NCBI GenBank assembly: GCA_937918905.1 | Contig: CAKZSH010000028.1 | Location: forward strand, 59,139-123,138 | Direction of reading: 5' to 3' | Source of the DNA: an uncultured Saprospiraceae bacterium | GTDB taxonomy: Bacteria; Bacteroidota; Bacteroidia; Chitinophagales; Saprospiraceae | Length of the DNA: 64,000 nucleotides | Shown here: one piece after another, positions 1-7,956 of the stretch | Position numbering within the stretch: position 1 is the stretch's first letter | How the letters are laid out: each line of letters starts with the position of its first letter | The notes under the pieces: model-generated | Database searches by the model: none | Seen by the model: only the letters and a program-made list of their open reading frames with translations | Told to the model about the DNA's origin: nothing | Made by a program: the position numbers and the translations under genes

Positions 1-1
1 G

Positions 2-1021
2 GTTTCAGATGCAGGCTATAATCAAATCCCGTTAACTACATTTGGAGATTGGAGAGCGATTTTGTCGTTTGTAATTCATGCAGGATTAGGTGTGTTTGCG
101 TTGTTAAATTTTAATAAAAAATCCATCTTCAGTTTTGCTATTCTATTTTATATTTTGACTTTTTCCATTACTTCAAATGTCGTTTTTAATATTGGGACAA
201 GTTATGCTGAGCGGTTGTTATATGTACCTGTTTTAGGATTTACATTGGCATTGAGTTATGGATTATTGAAGTTATTTAAGTTGGATGAAAAACGGAGTTC
301 TAAATTTTCATTGAATAATTTTTTCCAAAAAAATATGGTACCGCTTGGTCTTTTAGCAATTATCACGGTTGCATTTTCTTTTAAAACAATTGATCGAAAT
401 AGTGTTTGGAAAGATAGTTTTACCCTGTATGATACAGATACTAAAATCTCTCCTGAATGTGGCAAATTGCAATATCATTATGGTTTGGAATTAATGAAAA
501 AGGGATTAGAAGCAACAGGTAACGAGAAGATGGAGGTCATGAATAAAGCAAGAGAAACTTTCGAAAAGGCCACTCAAATTTATCCAAAATACCATGATGC
601 TTATGCTCAACTTGGATTATGGCACTACAGGTTGTCAAAGAATAATGTGGCTCAAAAAGAACAATTGCAACAAGTGGCTTTGGAAAATTATCAAAAAGCT
701 ATTGAACATAAACCCAACAATGCTAAGGCATATAGTAATATGGGGATAATTTATTTTGAAAAAAGCCAAATTGCTGAACAGCAAGGTAATCTCGGACAAG
801 CGCAAAATTTTTTAAATCAAGCCAAACAAGTTTATGAAAAAGCAGTTAGTTTTGATCCTCGATATGTGGATGGATTGATGAATTTAGGAGTGGTCAATGC
901 GATGCAAAAAAACTTTCCTCAAGCCATAAAGTATTTTGAAGAAGGAATAAAATATTCAACTGATTCCAAGAAGATTGAGACCTTGAAAGGTTATTTGAAT
1001 AGCGCACGGCAAGGGAAGTAA
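2..1021 (+). CDS. C-terminal part of a membrane plus TPR-repeat protein (TMTC/DUF1736-like); the 5' end lies outside the window
   Basis: The frame is open from nt 2, upstream of the listed TTG at 62. Hydrophobic helices are followed by a YAERLLYVPVLGF motif (DUF1736/TMTC-type, as I recall), then TPR-like units (YPKYHDAYAQLG, KPNNAKAYSNMG, DPRYVDGLMNLG). Confidence 0.6.
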   Translation, partial: VSDAGYNQIPLTTFGDWRAILSFVIHAGLGVFALLNFNKKSIFSFAILFYILTFSITSNVVFNIGTSYAERLLYVPVLGFTLALSYGLLKLFKLDEKRSSKFSLNNFFQKNMVPLGLLAIITVAFSFKTIDRNSVWKDSFTLYDTDTKISPECGKLQYHYGLELMKKGLEATGNEKMEVMNKARETFEKATQIYPKYHDAYAQLGLWHYRLSKNNVAQKEQLQQVALENYQKAIEHKPNNAKAYSNMGIIYFEKSQIAEQQGNLGQAQNFLNQAKQVYEKAVSFDPRYVDGLMNLGVVNAMQKNFPQAIKYFEEGIKYSTDSKKIETLKGYLNSARQGK

Positions 1022-1022
1022 T

Positions 1023-1168
1023 GACGGTAGACGGTCGCTTCGCTTGACGGTGGACGGTGGACGGTGGACGGACGCTGCGCTTGACGGACCGAATAATTTT
1101 GAATTCACGTTATTTCGATCCGTCCAGCAAAGCGGCCGTCTAACGTCGAGCGAAGCGACCGTCAACCG
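1023..1168. repeat. Long imperfect hairpin, GC-rich, with arms made of tandem heptamers (tggacgg x3)
   Basis: gacggtcgcttcgct...(tggacgg)3...gacggaccgaataa pairs with ttatttcgatccgtcc...agcgaagcgaccgtc. It starts 2 nt after the stop codon at 1019-1021. Confidence 0.8.
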
Positions 1169-1175
1169 AAAAAAA

Positions 1176-1202
1176 AACGCCCCGCAAAAATGCGAGGCGT
1201 TT
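1176..1202. terminator. Bidirectional intrinsic terminator between convergent genes
   Basis: Stem aacgccccgca / tgcgaggcgtt with loop aaaa. An A-run precedes it and T-rich sequence follows. Confidence 0.7.
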
Positions 1203-1242
1203 GTAAGTTTTGGTTATGTTATTGCGATGGGTTCATAAGGAA

Positions 1243-3159
1243 TTATTCCTTACCACCATCCAATTCATCTTGATATACTTTCAATTCATCGAACTTACCA
1301 GAAGCAGCTAATTTAGCTTGTTTTGGCCAAGTTGTTGGATTGTGCATTTTGTAACGAGGACCAGCATTTTCTAAGATTTCTTTTAACTCATCAGCATGAG
1401 TGTCAGCAAGATCATCCCAGTTTTTGATGCCAGCAGCATGTAATAATTTTTCAATCTTTGGTCCGATACCTTCTACAATTTGAAGATACTCCGATCGGTA
1501 ACCTGCAGTTCCATTACCTTTTTTAAGTACTGCTTTTTCTCTTACCATTTCCACAGATTTTACGGACTGTGTATTGGTATTTAAAGTAACAGGTACTTCT
1601 TTGATAACTTGTACTTCTTTAATGACTTCTACCTCTTTGATGACTTCCACAGGTACTTCCTTAATCACTTCTACTTCTTTAAAGACGGTAACTTCAACAG
1701 GTACTTCTTTGATGACCTCCACTTTTACCTCTTTGATGACTTCCACTTCTTTGATGACTTCAACAGGCACCTCTTTAATTACTTCTTTAATGACTTCTAC
1801 CTCTTTAATCACTTCAACAGGAATCTGTTTAATCATTTCAACTGGCTTGACCACTTCTATCTCTTTGATCACTTCAACAGGAACTTCCTTAATGATTTCT
1901 ACTTCTTTGATCACTTCTACTTCTTTAATCACTTCAACGGGTACTTCCTTAATTATCTCCACTTCTTTAATCACTTCAACTTCCACTTCTTTTTCTACTA
2001 CAACGGGAACTTCTTTAATGACTTCCACTTCTTTGATTACCTCAACTTCTCTAATCATTTCAACAGGAACTTCTTTGATGACTTCTACTTGAACCTCTTT
2101 AATGACCTCTACTTCTTTAATCACTTCAACAGGAACTTCCTTGATAACTTCAACATTTCTCACTACATCCACTTCTTTAATTACCTCCACTTCTACTTCT
2201 TTAATTACCTCTACTTCTTTGATAACTTCCACAGGTACTTCCACATTTCTGATGACATCCACTTCTTTAATGACCTCCACAGGTACTTCCACATTTCTGA
2301 TGACCTCTACTTCTTTGATTACTTCCACAGGCACTTCTTTAATCACCTCTACTTCTTTGATTACTTCTACAGGTACCTCTTTGATTACTTCAACTTCCAC
2401 TTCTTTAATCACCTCTACTTCTTTAATGATAGGCACTTCTTTTGTGGTCATAACTTCTTTGATCACCTCCACTTCCTGAACAATAGGCACTTCTTTAATC
2501 ACCTCTACCTCCTTCATTATTTCTATCTCTTTGATTATTTCTACAGGCACTTCTTTAATTACCTCTACTTCTTTAATTACTTCAACCTCCTTAATTACTT
2601 CCACAGGCACTTCTTTGATTACCTCTACTTCAACAATTTTTTCAACAACAACTTCTCTCACCATATCAACAGATTTGAGACTTTGCATGCTATTGTTGAT
2701 TTCCACAGGTACTTCTTTGATGACCTCCACTTCTTTTACAATTTCTACCACTCTTTCCACAGGTACTTCTTTGATTACCTCTATTTCTTTAATCACTTCC
2801 ACAGGTACCTCTTTAATTACTTCAATTTCCACAGGTACTTCTTTGATTACCTCTATTTCTCTTTCAATAACTTCAGGTTGAATGTTTTTTGCGGTTTGAT
2901 AGTCTAATTCCAATGAAGCAAATCTATTTTGAAGACCTGCATATTCATTTTCAGTTTTCTCTTTTGCTACAAGAGCATTTTGTAAATCTCCTTGGACTGT
3001 ACCAATTTTGGCATCTCTTTCACTTAATAGCCCAGTATACTTTGATGAAATGGAAGAACTTCCAAACCATCGGCCAAGTAACCAAGACAAAAACCCAAAT
3101 AATAATATAGGGAGCCAACAAAGGAAATTAAAAAGCAATAATGAACTTAAAAACGTCAT
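1243..3159 (-). CDS. Membrane-anchored repeat protein: N-terminal TM helix, short coiled coil, dozens of EVIKEVPVEV-type repeats, C-terminal helix-hairpin-helix (H3TH, COG3743-like) module
   Basis: 638-aa ORF. N-terminus is LLLFNFLCWLPILLFGFLSWLLG. The C-terminus EGIGPKIEKLLHAAGIKNWDDLA...TTWPKQAKLAASGKFDELKVYQDELDGG matches the HhH tail I recall from COG3743-type proteins. Confidence 0.75.
   Translation of the reverse strand: MTFLSSLLLFNFLCWLPILLFGFLSWLLGRWFGSSSISSKYTGLLSERDAKIGTVQGDLQNALVAKEKTENEYAGLQNRFASLELDYQTAKNIQPEVIEREIEVIKEVPVEIEVIKEVPVEVIKEIEVIKEVPVERVVEIVKEVEVIKEVPVEINNSMQSLKSVDMVREVVVEKIVEVEVIKEVPVEVIKEVEVIKEVEVIKEVPVEIIKEIEIMKEVEVIKEVPIVQEVEVIKEVMTTKEVPIIKEVEVIKEVEVEVIKEVPVEVIKEVEVIKEVPVEVIKEVEVIRNVEVPVEVIKEVDVIRNVEVPVEVIKEVEVIKEVEVEVIKEVDVVRNVEVIKEVPVEVIKEVEVIKEVQVEVIKEVPVEMIREVEVIKEVEVIKEVPVVVEKEVEVEVIKEVEIIKEVPVEVIKEVEVIKEVEIIKEVPVEVIKEIEVVKPVEMIKQIPVEVIKEVEVIKEVIKEVPVEVIKEVEVIKEVKVEVIKEVPVEVTVFKEVEVIKEVPVEVIKEVEVIKEVQVIKEVPVTLNTNTQSVKSVEMVREKAVLKKGNGTAGYRSEYLQIVEGIGPKIEKLLHAAGIKNWDDLADTHADELKEILENAGPRYKMHNPTTWPKQAKLAASGKFDELKVYQDELDGGKE
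1555..2877 (-). repeat. In-frame tandem coding repeats (15/30-nt periodicity) encoding (E/V)VIKEVPVEV units
   Basis: Repeated gaagt(a/g)at(c/t)aaagaagt(a/g)cctgt(g/t)gaa-type DNA units on the minus strand. They generate several spurious antisense ORFs. Confidence 0.9.
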
Positions 3160-3634
3160 AGTATTTTAATCTTTTACTAAATGGTTAAAAAAATGGATTT
3201 GTTTGGGTAATATGTTACCATATTACCAATTAGATAAAGTTTTTAGGGTTAATTTTAACTGAAAGGAATTAGTATTTTGTATATGTAGAAGTGTTCAGAC
3301 CGAAAGATAGTGAAAAAAGTTAAATTCAAAAAAAAATCTGATATTTATTTGTTTTCTTATTTATTGAGGAATACCGCTTTATGTAACATTTTTTTTTATA
3401 TACATTTTTTTTATAATTATAAATGCCTATCATAATTAAAACTCTGATATTAATTTTTTTTTCTAGAATTCAAAAGATTTAATTAAATTTACGGTCGGTG
3501 AGATTTTTTAGAGGACAAAAATCATAAAAGTTCTCTTCTTTCTCAACTCTTATTAAACCAATCCTACAACTACATCCAAACTTATTTTCAAACAAAACCT
3601 GGAATGACCTTCCAGTCAAAATTTACCTTTTCTT

Positions 3635-4483
3635 ATGAATAATACTACCTTAGGAATTTTATCTGCAATTTTTATTCTTTTAGGTTCTTGGCTTGTTTCT
3701 AGCTTCACTTGTGGAGGCGGAGATGCAGCTAAATTTTCTGTACTGGATGGAACGCTGAATATAGAAAATGTTGAACCATACTCATTTGGAATGAATAGTG
3801 CTAAATTGGCACTTCCTTCTGAAACCTCTACTGCTTTCAAGAAAATCGCAACACATTTACAAAAAAATGATACTCGAACATTAAGTTTGATCGGGAATTA
3901 TTATAGTTCAGAAAATACTAAAAACGATACTGATTTAGGACTTGCTCGTGCTGAAGTGATAAAAGATAGATTAGTAAAAATGAAAGCACCTGAAAGTAGC
4001 ATTATCATTTCTAGTCGAAGACTTAATAATATCGATGGTTCTTCTGACGAAGCAATGTTATTGCCAGTTGATTTTATTTTCTCTGAAAAGACTTCAGGGA
4101 GTTCTATGAGTGATGGAGGTGAAACTACTGATGTTTCTGGTGGAGATGCAGCTTCTTTACTTGATGGATTTGTGATTACCTATGAAGATGGAAATACTTC
4201 ATTTAAAACTACTGATGAATTACAAGCTTTTATTGAAACTGCTCAAACATTCGTTAATGATAATCCTGATGGAAAAGTAGTTATTACAGGTCATACCGAT
4301 GATTCAAGAAGTTCAAAGCGTAGCGAAGAACTTTCTAAAGATCTTGCAATGAAAGTGAGAAGAATTTTTAGAACCGCAGGATTCGATAGAAAAAATATTG
4401 AGGTAGTGGCTAAGGGAAAATCTGAAATGTTGGATGATCCTGCACTAAGTAGAAGAATTGTTTTGACGATGGAATCAAATTAA
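3635..4483 (+). CDS. OmpA-family (peptidoglycan-associating) lipoprotein or secreted protein
   Basis: Signal-like N-terminus. The C-terminal VVITGHTDDSRSSKRSEELSKDLAMKVRR resembles the OmpA_C motif (GHTD...N..LS..RA). A degenerate second copy sits at LIGNYYSS...DLGLARAEVIKDRL. Confidence 0.6.
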   Translation: MNNTTLGILSAIFILLGSWLVSSFTCGGGDAAKFSVLDGTLNIENVEPYSFGMNSAKLALPSETSTAFKKIATHLQKNDTRTLSLIGNYYSSENTKNDTDLGLARAEVIKDRLVKMKAPESSIIISSRRLNNIDGSSDEAMLLPVDFIFSEKTSGSSMSDGGETTDVSGGDAASLLDGFVITYEDGNTSFKTTDELQAFIETAQTFVNDNPDGKVVITGHTDDSRSSKRSEELSKDLAMKVRRIFRTAGFDRKNIEVVAKGKSEMLDDPALSRRIVLTMESN

Positions 4484-4554
4484 TTTTGATAGAGAATTTC
4501 AAATTTGAATAAATCAAATCGAGATTCTTCATATAAATCGTTAATAAAAAAAAA

Positions 4555-4586
4555 ACGCCTTGGCTAGATTAGTCAAGGCGTTTTTT
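4555..4586 (+). terminator. Intrinsic terminator
   Basis: Stem acgccttg / caaggcgt with an 11-nt loop, followed by TTTTTT. Confidence 0.7.
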
Positions 4587-4593
4587 ATATTTG
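4586..4593 (+). promoter_or_regulatory. Candidate Bacteroidota -7 box (TATATTTG) upstream of folD
   Basis: Exact TAnnTTTG match 89 nt upstream of the ATG. I saw no clear -33 TTTG. Confidence 0.3.
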
Positions 4594-4681
4594 TAACAAA
4601 TTTTAAATCCTCCCAATTATTGGGACAAAAAATCTAAAAAAATATTTAGAATAACACTACTAATAATTAATTTTCTATTCT

Positions 4682-5569
4682 ATGACAAATCTTATCGATG
4701 GTAAAACTTTAGCTAATACCATAAAGGAAGAAATTGCACTCGAAGTTAATGAAATCAGGGAAAATGATGGAAAAATTCCTCATCTAGCAGCCATTTTAGT
4801 TGGAGAAGATGCAGCAAGTCAAGTGTATGTAAGGAATAAAGTTCGTTCATGTGAACAGGTTGGTTTTGAATCTACTTTAATTCGAAAAGATACTTCTACC
4901 ACAGAGGAAGAACTACTTGCAATAGTTGAAGATTTAAATAATGATCCTGAGATTGATGGATTTATCGTTCAGCTGCCTTTACCTAAACATATCAATGAAG
5001 AAAAAATAACTCTTGCCATTGATCCAAAGAAAGACGTTGATGGTTTTCATCCTGCCAATTTCGGTAGAATGGCTCAAGGGCTTCCCGCTTATTTGCCAGC
5101 TACTCCATTTGGAATTATGCAAATGTTGGATCGGTATAATATTGAGGTAGAAGGGAAGGAGTGTGTGGTATTAGGTAGAAGTAATATTGTAGGTACCCCA
5201 ATAAGTATTCTTTTATCAAGAAAAGCCCAACCTGGAAATGCAACAGTTTCGCTGTGTCATAGTCGTACTCAAGATTTAAAATCTCATACTTTAAGAGCCG
5301 ATATTATTGTAGCTGCACTCGGTATTCCTGAATTTTTAAGAGGTGATATGGTAAAAGAAGGTGTTGTTATTATTGATGTTGGAATTAATAGAGTCGATGA
5401 TTCTACCGCAAAACGAGGTTACCGATTAAAAGGTGATGTCCATTTTGAAGAAGTTGCTCCTAAAGCAAGTTTTATTACTCCCGTACCTGGTGGAGTAGGT
5501 CCTATGACTGTTACTTCACTATTAATGAATACGTTGAAAGCATCTCGTGGAGATATTTATGGAAAATGA
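4682..5569 (+). CDS. folD: Bifunctional 5,10-methylene-tetrahydrofolate dehydrogenase / methenyl-THF cyclohydrolase
   Basis: Full-length match to the FolD pattern: [57 protein letters not shown]. Confidence 0.95.
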   Translation: MTNLIDGKTLANTIKEEIALEVNEIRENDGKIPHLAAILVGEDAASQVYVRNKVRSCEQVGFESTLIRKDTSTTEEELLAIVEDLNNDPEIDGFIVQLPLPKHINEEKITLAIDPKKDVDGFHPANFGRMAQGLPAYLPATPFGIMQMLDRYNIEVEGKECVVLGRSNIVGTPISILLSRKAQPGNATVSLCHSRTQDLKSHTLRADIIVAALGIPEFLRGDMVKEGVVIIDVGINRVDDSTAKRGYRLKGDVHFEEVAPKASFITPVPGGVGPMTVTSLLMNTLKASRGDIYGK

Positions 5570-5653
5570 TAAATACGTCTTTTTACGTTGGACGGTTTAT
5601 GTTTTACGGTCTACGGTTTTCGATAACTGTAAAACGTGAAAAGCAAAATATTT

Positions 5654-5850
5654 TTAACAATATTCGTAATTATTCAGTATTGGGTGTACACGAGTCAAGG
5701 TTTGACTTCTCAAGTCAAGCCTTGACTTATAAGAACATCAATTATAAGTCAGGCTTTGACTTATAAGAACGTCAATTATAAGTCAAAGCCTGACTTTTTA
5801 AGTCAGACCTTGACTCGTGTACAGCCAATGTTGAATAGTTAACAATATTC
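5654..5850. repeat. Copy A of the AAGTCAR-N3-YTGACTT / TGTACACGAG inverted-repeat element (core 5685-5823), MITE-like
   Basis: Five 17-bp palindromic units lie between the termini tgtacacgagtcaagg and ccttgactcgtgtaca. The outer arms attattcagtattgg / ccaatgttgaatag also pair. A 12-bp direct repeat ttaacaatattc sits at both ends (5654-5665 and 5839-5850). Confidence 0.85.
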
Positions 5851-6129
5851 ATATGAAAAATTAAGTTAATAGGTTGTAAGTATTATTTTTTTTTGAAATA
5901 TATTTCTTTTATCTCGTTTTTTTTTGAATATGTTCGATTAAAATATTTACTTTTGCTTTAGAACTAATATACCAACGAAACTTTCCTTTCACCAACCTTC
6001 TAAATCCTTCCTTATTTTATTTGAATCCTGACTTGTCTTTATACAAGACATAATACCTTTGTCAAAAGTTATTTATGCTAATCCATATTTGGCTTTTTCG
6101 CAAATTTATTTTTAAAACTAATTTTAAAT

Positions 6130-6738
6130 ATGGCCTTAAATTCTATACTCCCATTACTCATGACTTTCATGATGAACACCTTCTCTATATCCCAGTCCAC
6201 TCAAGATTTAACAACTTTGGGATTAAAAATAATGCAGGATGGAAAGGAATACGCTATCCTCTCTACTGAACAAAATATCAAATTGGCAAAAGACAAATTT
6301 GAAATCATTTTTAACCTAAAAAAAGATGATGATATTGCTGAGAAATATTTTGCCGCAAGAATTGTAGCAGATATTGATTCTGATATTTTTAAACAGTTTG
6401 AACCAAAAAAGAAGTTTGAAGAAGTTCCCTCTCTAGTAGCTGGTACAAGTATGGCTGGCCCCAAAGATGCTCCCTATAATTGTATATTTTTTGACGACCA
6501 AGCCCACCATTACATTTTCTATAATAACGAAGATGAAAAACGTGCGAATCTCATTTCAAAAGAAAACAATCTTTTGCAACTTGGATTTGATATTGAAAAT
6601 TACTGCATGCAGGACTTCGAAATCAATATCAGTAATTCCAATTTCGAAGCAATTTATATGGTGTTTTTTATTGATAAAAACCTAAATGAAATAGTAGAAG
6701 AAGGTGAATATGCCAAGTTGAAAATCACTTTTGAATGA
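6130..6738 (+). CDS. Hypothetical protein, probable signal peptide
   Basis: 202-aa ORF with a hydrophobic N-terminus. No motif recognised. Confidence 0.5.
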   Translation: MALNSILPLLMTFMMNTFSISQSTQDLTTLGLKIMQDGKEYAILSTEQNIKLAKDKFEIIFNLKKDDDIAEKYFAARIVADIDSDIFKQFEPKKKFEEVPSLVAGTSMAGPKDAPYNCIFFDDQAHHYIFYNNEDEKRANLISKENNLLQLGFDIENYCMQDFEINISNSNFEAIYMVFFIDKNLNEIVEEGEYAKLKITFE

Positions 6739-6759
6739 AGGGAATGTACCTGTCAAGAT

Positions 6760-6972
6760 GTATGAGTGTATTTATGTATATGTTGTCGAAATAATAGTGA
6801 AAGCGTTTTTATGATCCTTAGCCATCAGATTTATATCCGACGGTCACAGAACAAAATACTACTGACCCGCTTTTTTGAGAGTCTCAAAATTATCAATAGT
6901 CTTTTGAATACACTCCATACCTCATAAATAATCATAATTATTTCGACAACATATACACCTACACACTCATAC
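6760..6972. repeat. Inverted repeat with ~36-bp arms and a ~140-nt loop
   Basis: gtatgagtgtatttatgtatatgttgtcgaaataat pairs with attatttcgacaacatatacacctacacactcatac. Confidence 0.8.
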
Positions 6973-6990
6973 ACCTTAACACATTTTTCT

Positions 6991-6998
6991 TACATTTG
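6991..6998 (+). promoter_or_regulatory. Candidate -7 box TACATTTG for prmA
   Basis: Exact TAnnTTTG 28 nt upstream of the ATG at 7026. The listed TTG start at 6996 lies inside this box, which argues for the ATG start. Confidence 0.45.
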
Positions 6999-7025
6999 GG
7001 GTTCAAAAAAAGCAAACCTATCCAC

Positions 7026-7850
7026 ATGGATTATTTCAAATTTGAATTCCAAACCACTTCACAAAATGCCGAAATGCTCATTGCATTGCTTGGCGAACTT
7101 CCCTTCGATGTTTTTGAGGAAACCGATACTGGTCTTGATGCATTTATTCCTACTGAAAAATGTACAGAAACAGTAGAAAATGAGGTGCTTCAAATAAAAA
7201 ATCTTTTCGATTTTTCCTACCAAAAAGTATTTATTAAATATCAAAACTGGAATGCTGTTTGGGAATCAAATTTCCAACCCATTGTAGTCCGAGATTTTTG
7301 TGGAATCCGAGCTGATTTTCACGATCCTATTCCAAATATTCAACATGAAATTATCATTAATCCTCAAATGGCTTTTGGTACGGGGCATCATGAAACCACT
7401 TGGATGATGATGGATATGATGCAAAATATTGATTTTGTTGACAAAAATGTCTTTGATTATGGTTGTGGAACTGGAATTTTAGCCATTTTAGCGAGTCAAT
7501 TAGGTGCAAAAAAAATTGATGCGTTGGATATAGAATTGCCATCGTATGAAAACACTTTGGAAAATTCCCGTATAAATAACATCCAAAACGTCAATTCTAT
7601 TCATGGAACGCTTGAAAAGACTAAGGATTTTGAATATGACCTCATTTTAGCAAACATTAATCGGCACGTAATTTTAGACAGCTTCTCGACGTTAAATAAT
7701 ATGTTACCTCTTCAAGGTATTTTGTTGATTTCTGGAATCTTAAAATCAGATGAAAATTTAGTTTTGGAAGCTGCTCAACAAAATGGTTTTCATAACGAAA
7801 AAATAAACCGAAAAAATAATTGGATTTGCATTCAATTAACTAAAAAATAA
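7026..7850 (+). CDS. prmA: Ribosomal protein L11 methyltransferase
   Basis: Contains PrmA motifs FGTGHHETT and DYGCGTGILAI (SAM-binding GxGxG). The start is moved to the in-frame ATG at 7026. Confidence 0.9.
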   Translation: MDYFKFEFQTTSQNAEMLIALLGELPFDVFEETDTGLDAFIPTEKCTETVENEVLQIKNLFDFSYQKVFIKYQNWNAVWESNFQPIVVRDFCGIRADFHDPIPNIQHEIIINPQMAFGTGHHETTWMMMDMMQNIDFVDKNVFDYGCGTGILAILASQLGAKKIDALDIELPSYENTLENSRINNIQNVNSIHGTLEKTKDFEYDLILANINRHVILDSFSTLNNMLPLQGILLISGILKSDENLVLEAAQQNGFHNEKINRKNNWICIQLTKK

Positions 7851-7934
7851 CGGTGAACTGTGAACTGGTAACTTCGAATAAATTGGAATTGACCATAATT
7901 TCGAAGTTAACAGTTCAACGTTCACAGTTCACCG
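7851..7934. repeat. Hairpin built from (g/t)tgaac(t/g) heptamers, starting directly after the prmA stop codon
   Basis: cggtgaactgtgaactggtaacttcgaa pairs with ttcgaagttaacagttcaacgttcacagttcaccg, followed by an A-run. Confidence 0.85.
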
Positions 7935-7956
7935 TTAAAAAAAAAATTCCGATCTT

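Noticed and set aside
956-1238. Short ORFs 956-1165 (-) and 1044-1238 (+), rich in Arg/Gly/Asp
   Set aside because: They are read straight through the GC-rich hairpin 1023-1168 and the terminator. Their composition reflects the repeat words, not coding sequence.
1574-2907. Several long plus-strand ORFs (1574-2092, 1609-2907, 2102-2479, 2531-2881) encoding STSLITS- or FFNHF-type low-complexity proteins
   Set aside because: They are antisense or alternative-frame shadows of the EVIKEVPVEV tandem repeat. Any periodic stop-free repeat is open in several frames. The minus-strand frame is the only one with a TM start, a non-repetitive N-terminal region and a recognisable C-terminal domain.
5566-5766. 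ORF 5566-5766 (+) downstream of folD
   Set aside because: It lies entirely in the inverted-repeat element (copy A) and has no coding-like features.
5685-5823. Whether the regularly recurring AAGTCA...TGACTT units form a CRISPR array
   Set aside because: The units are 17-bp palindromes separated by only 3-25 nt of irregular spacing and are arranged as an inverted repeat. There are no cas genes. This is inconsistent with repeat-spacer architecture.
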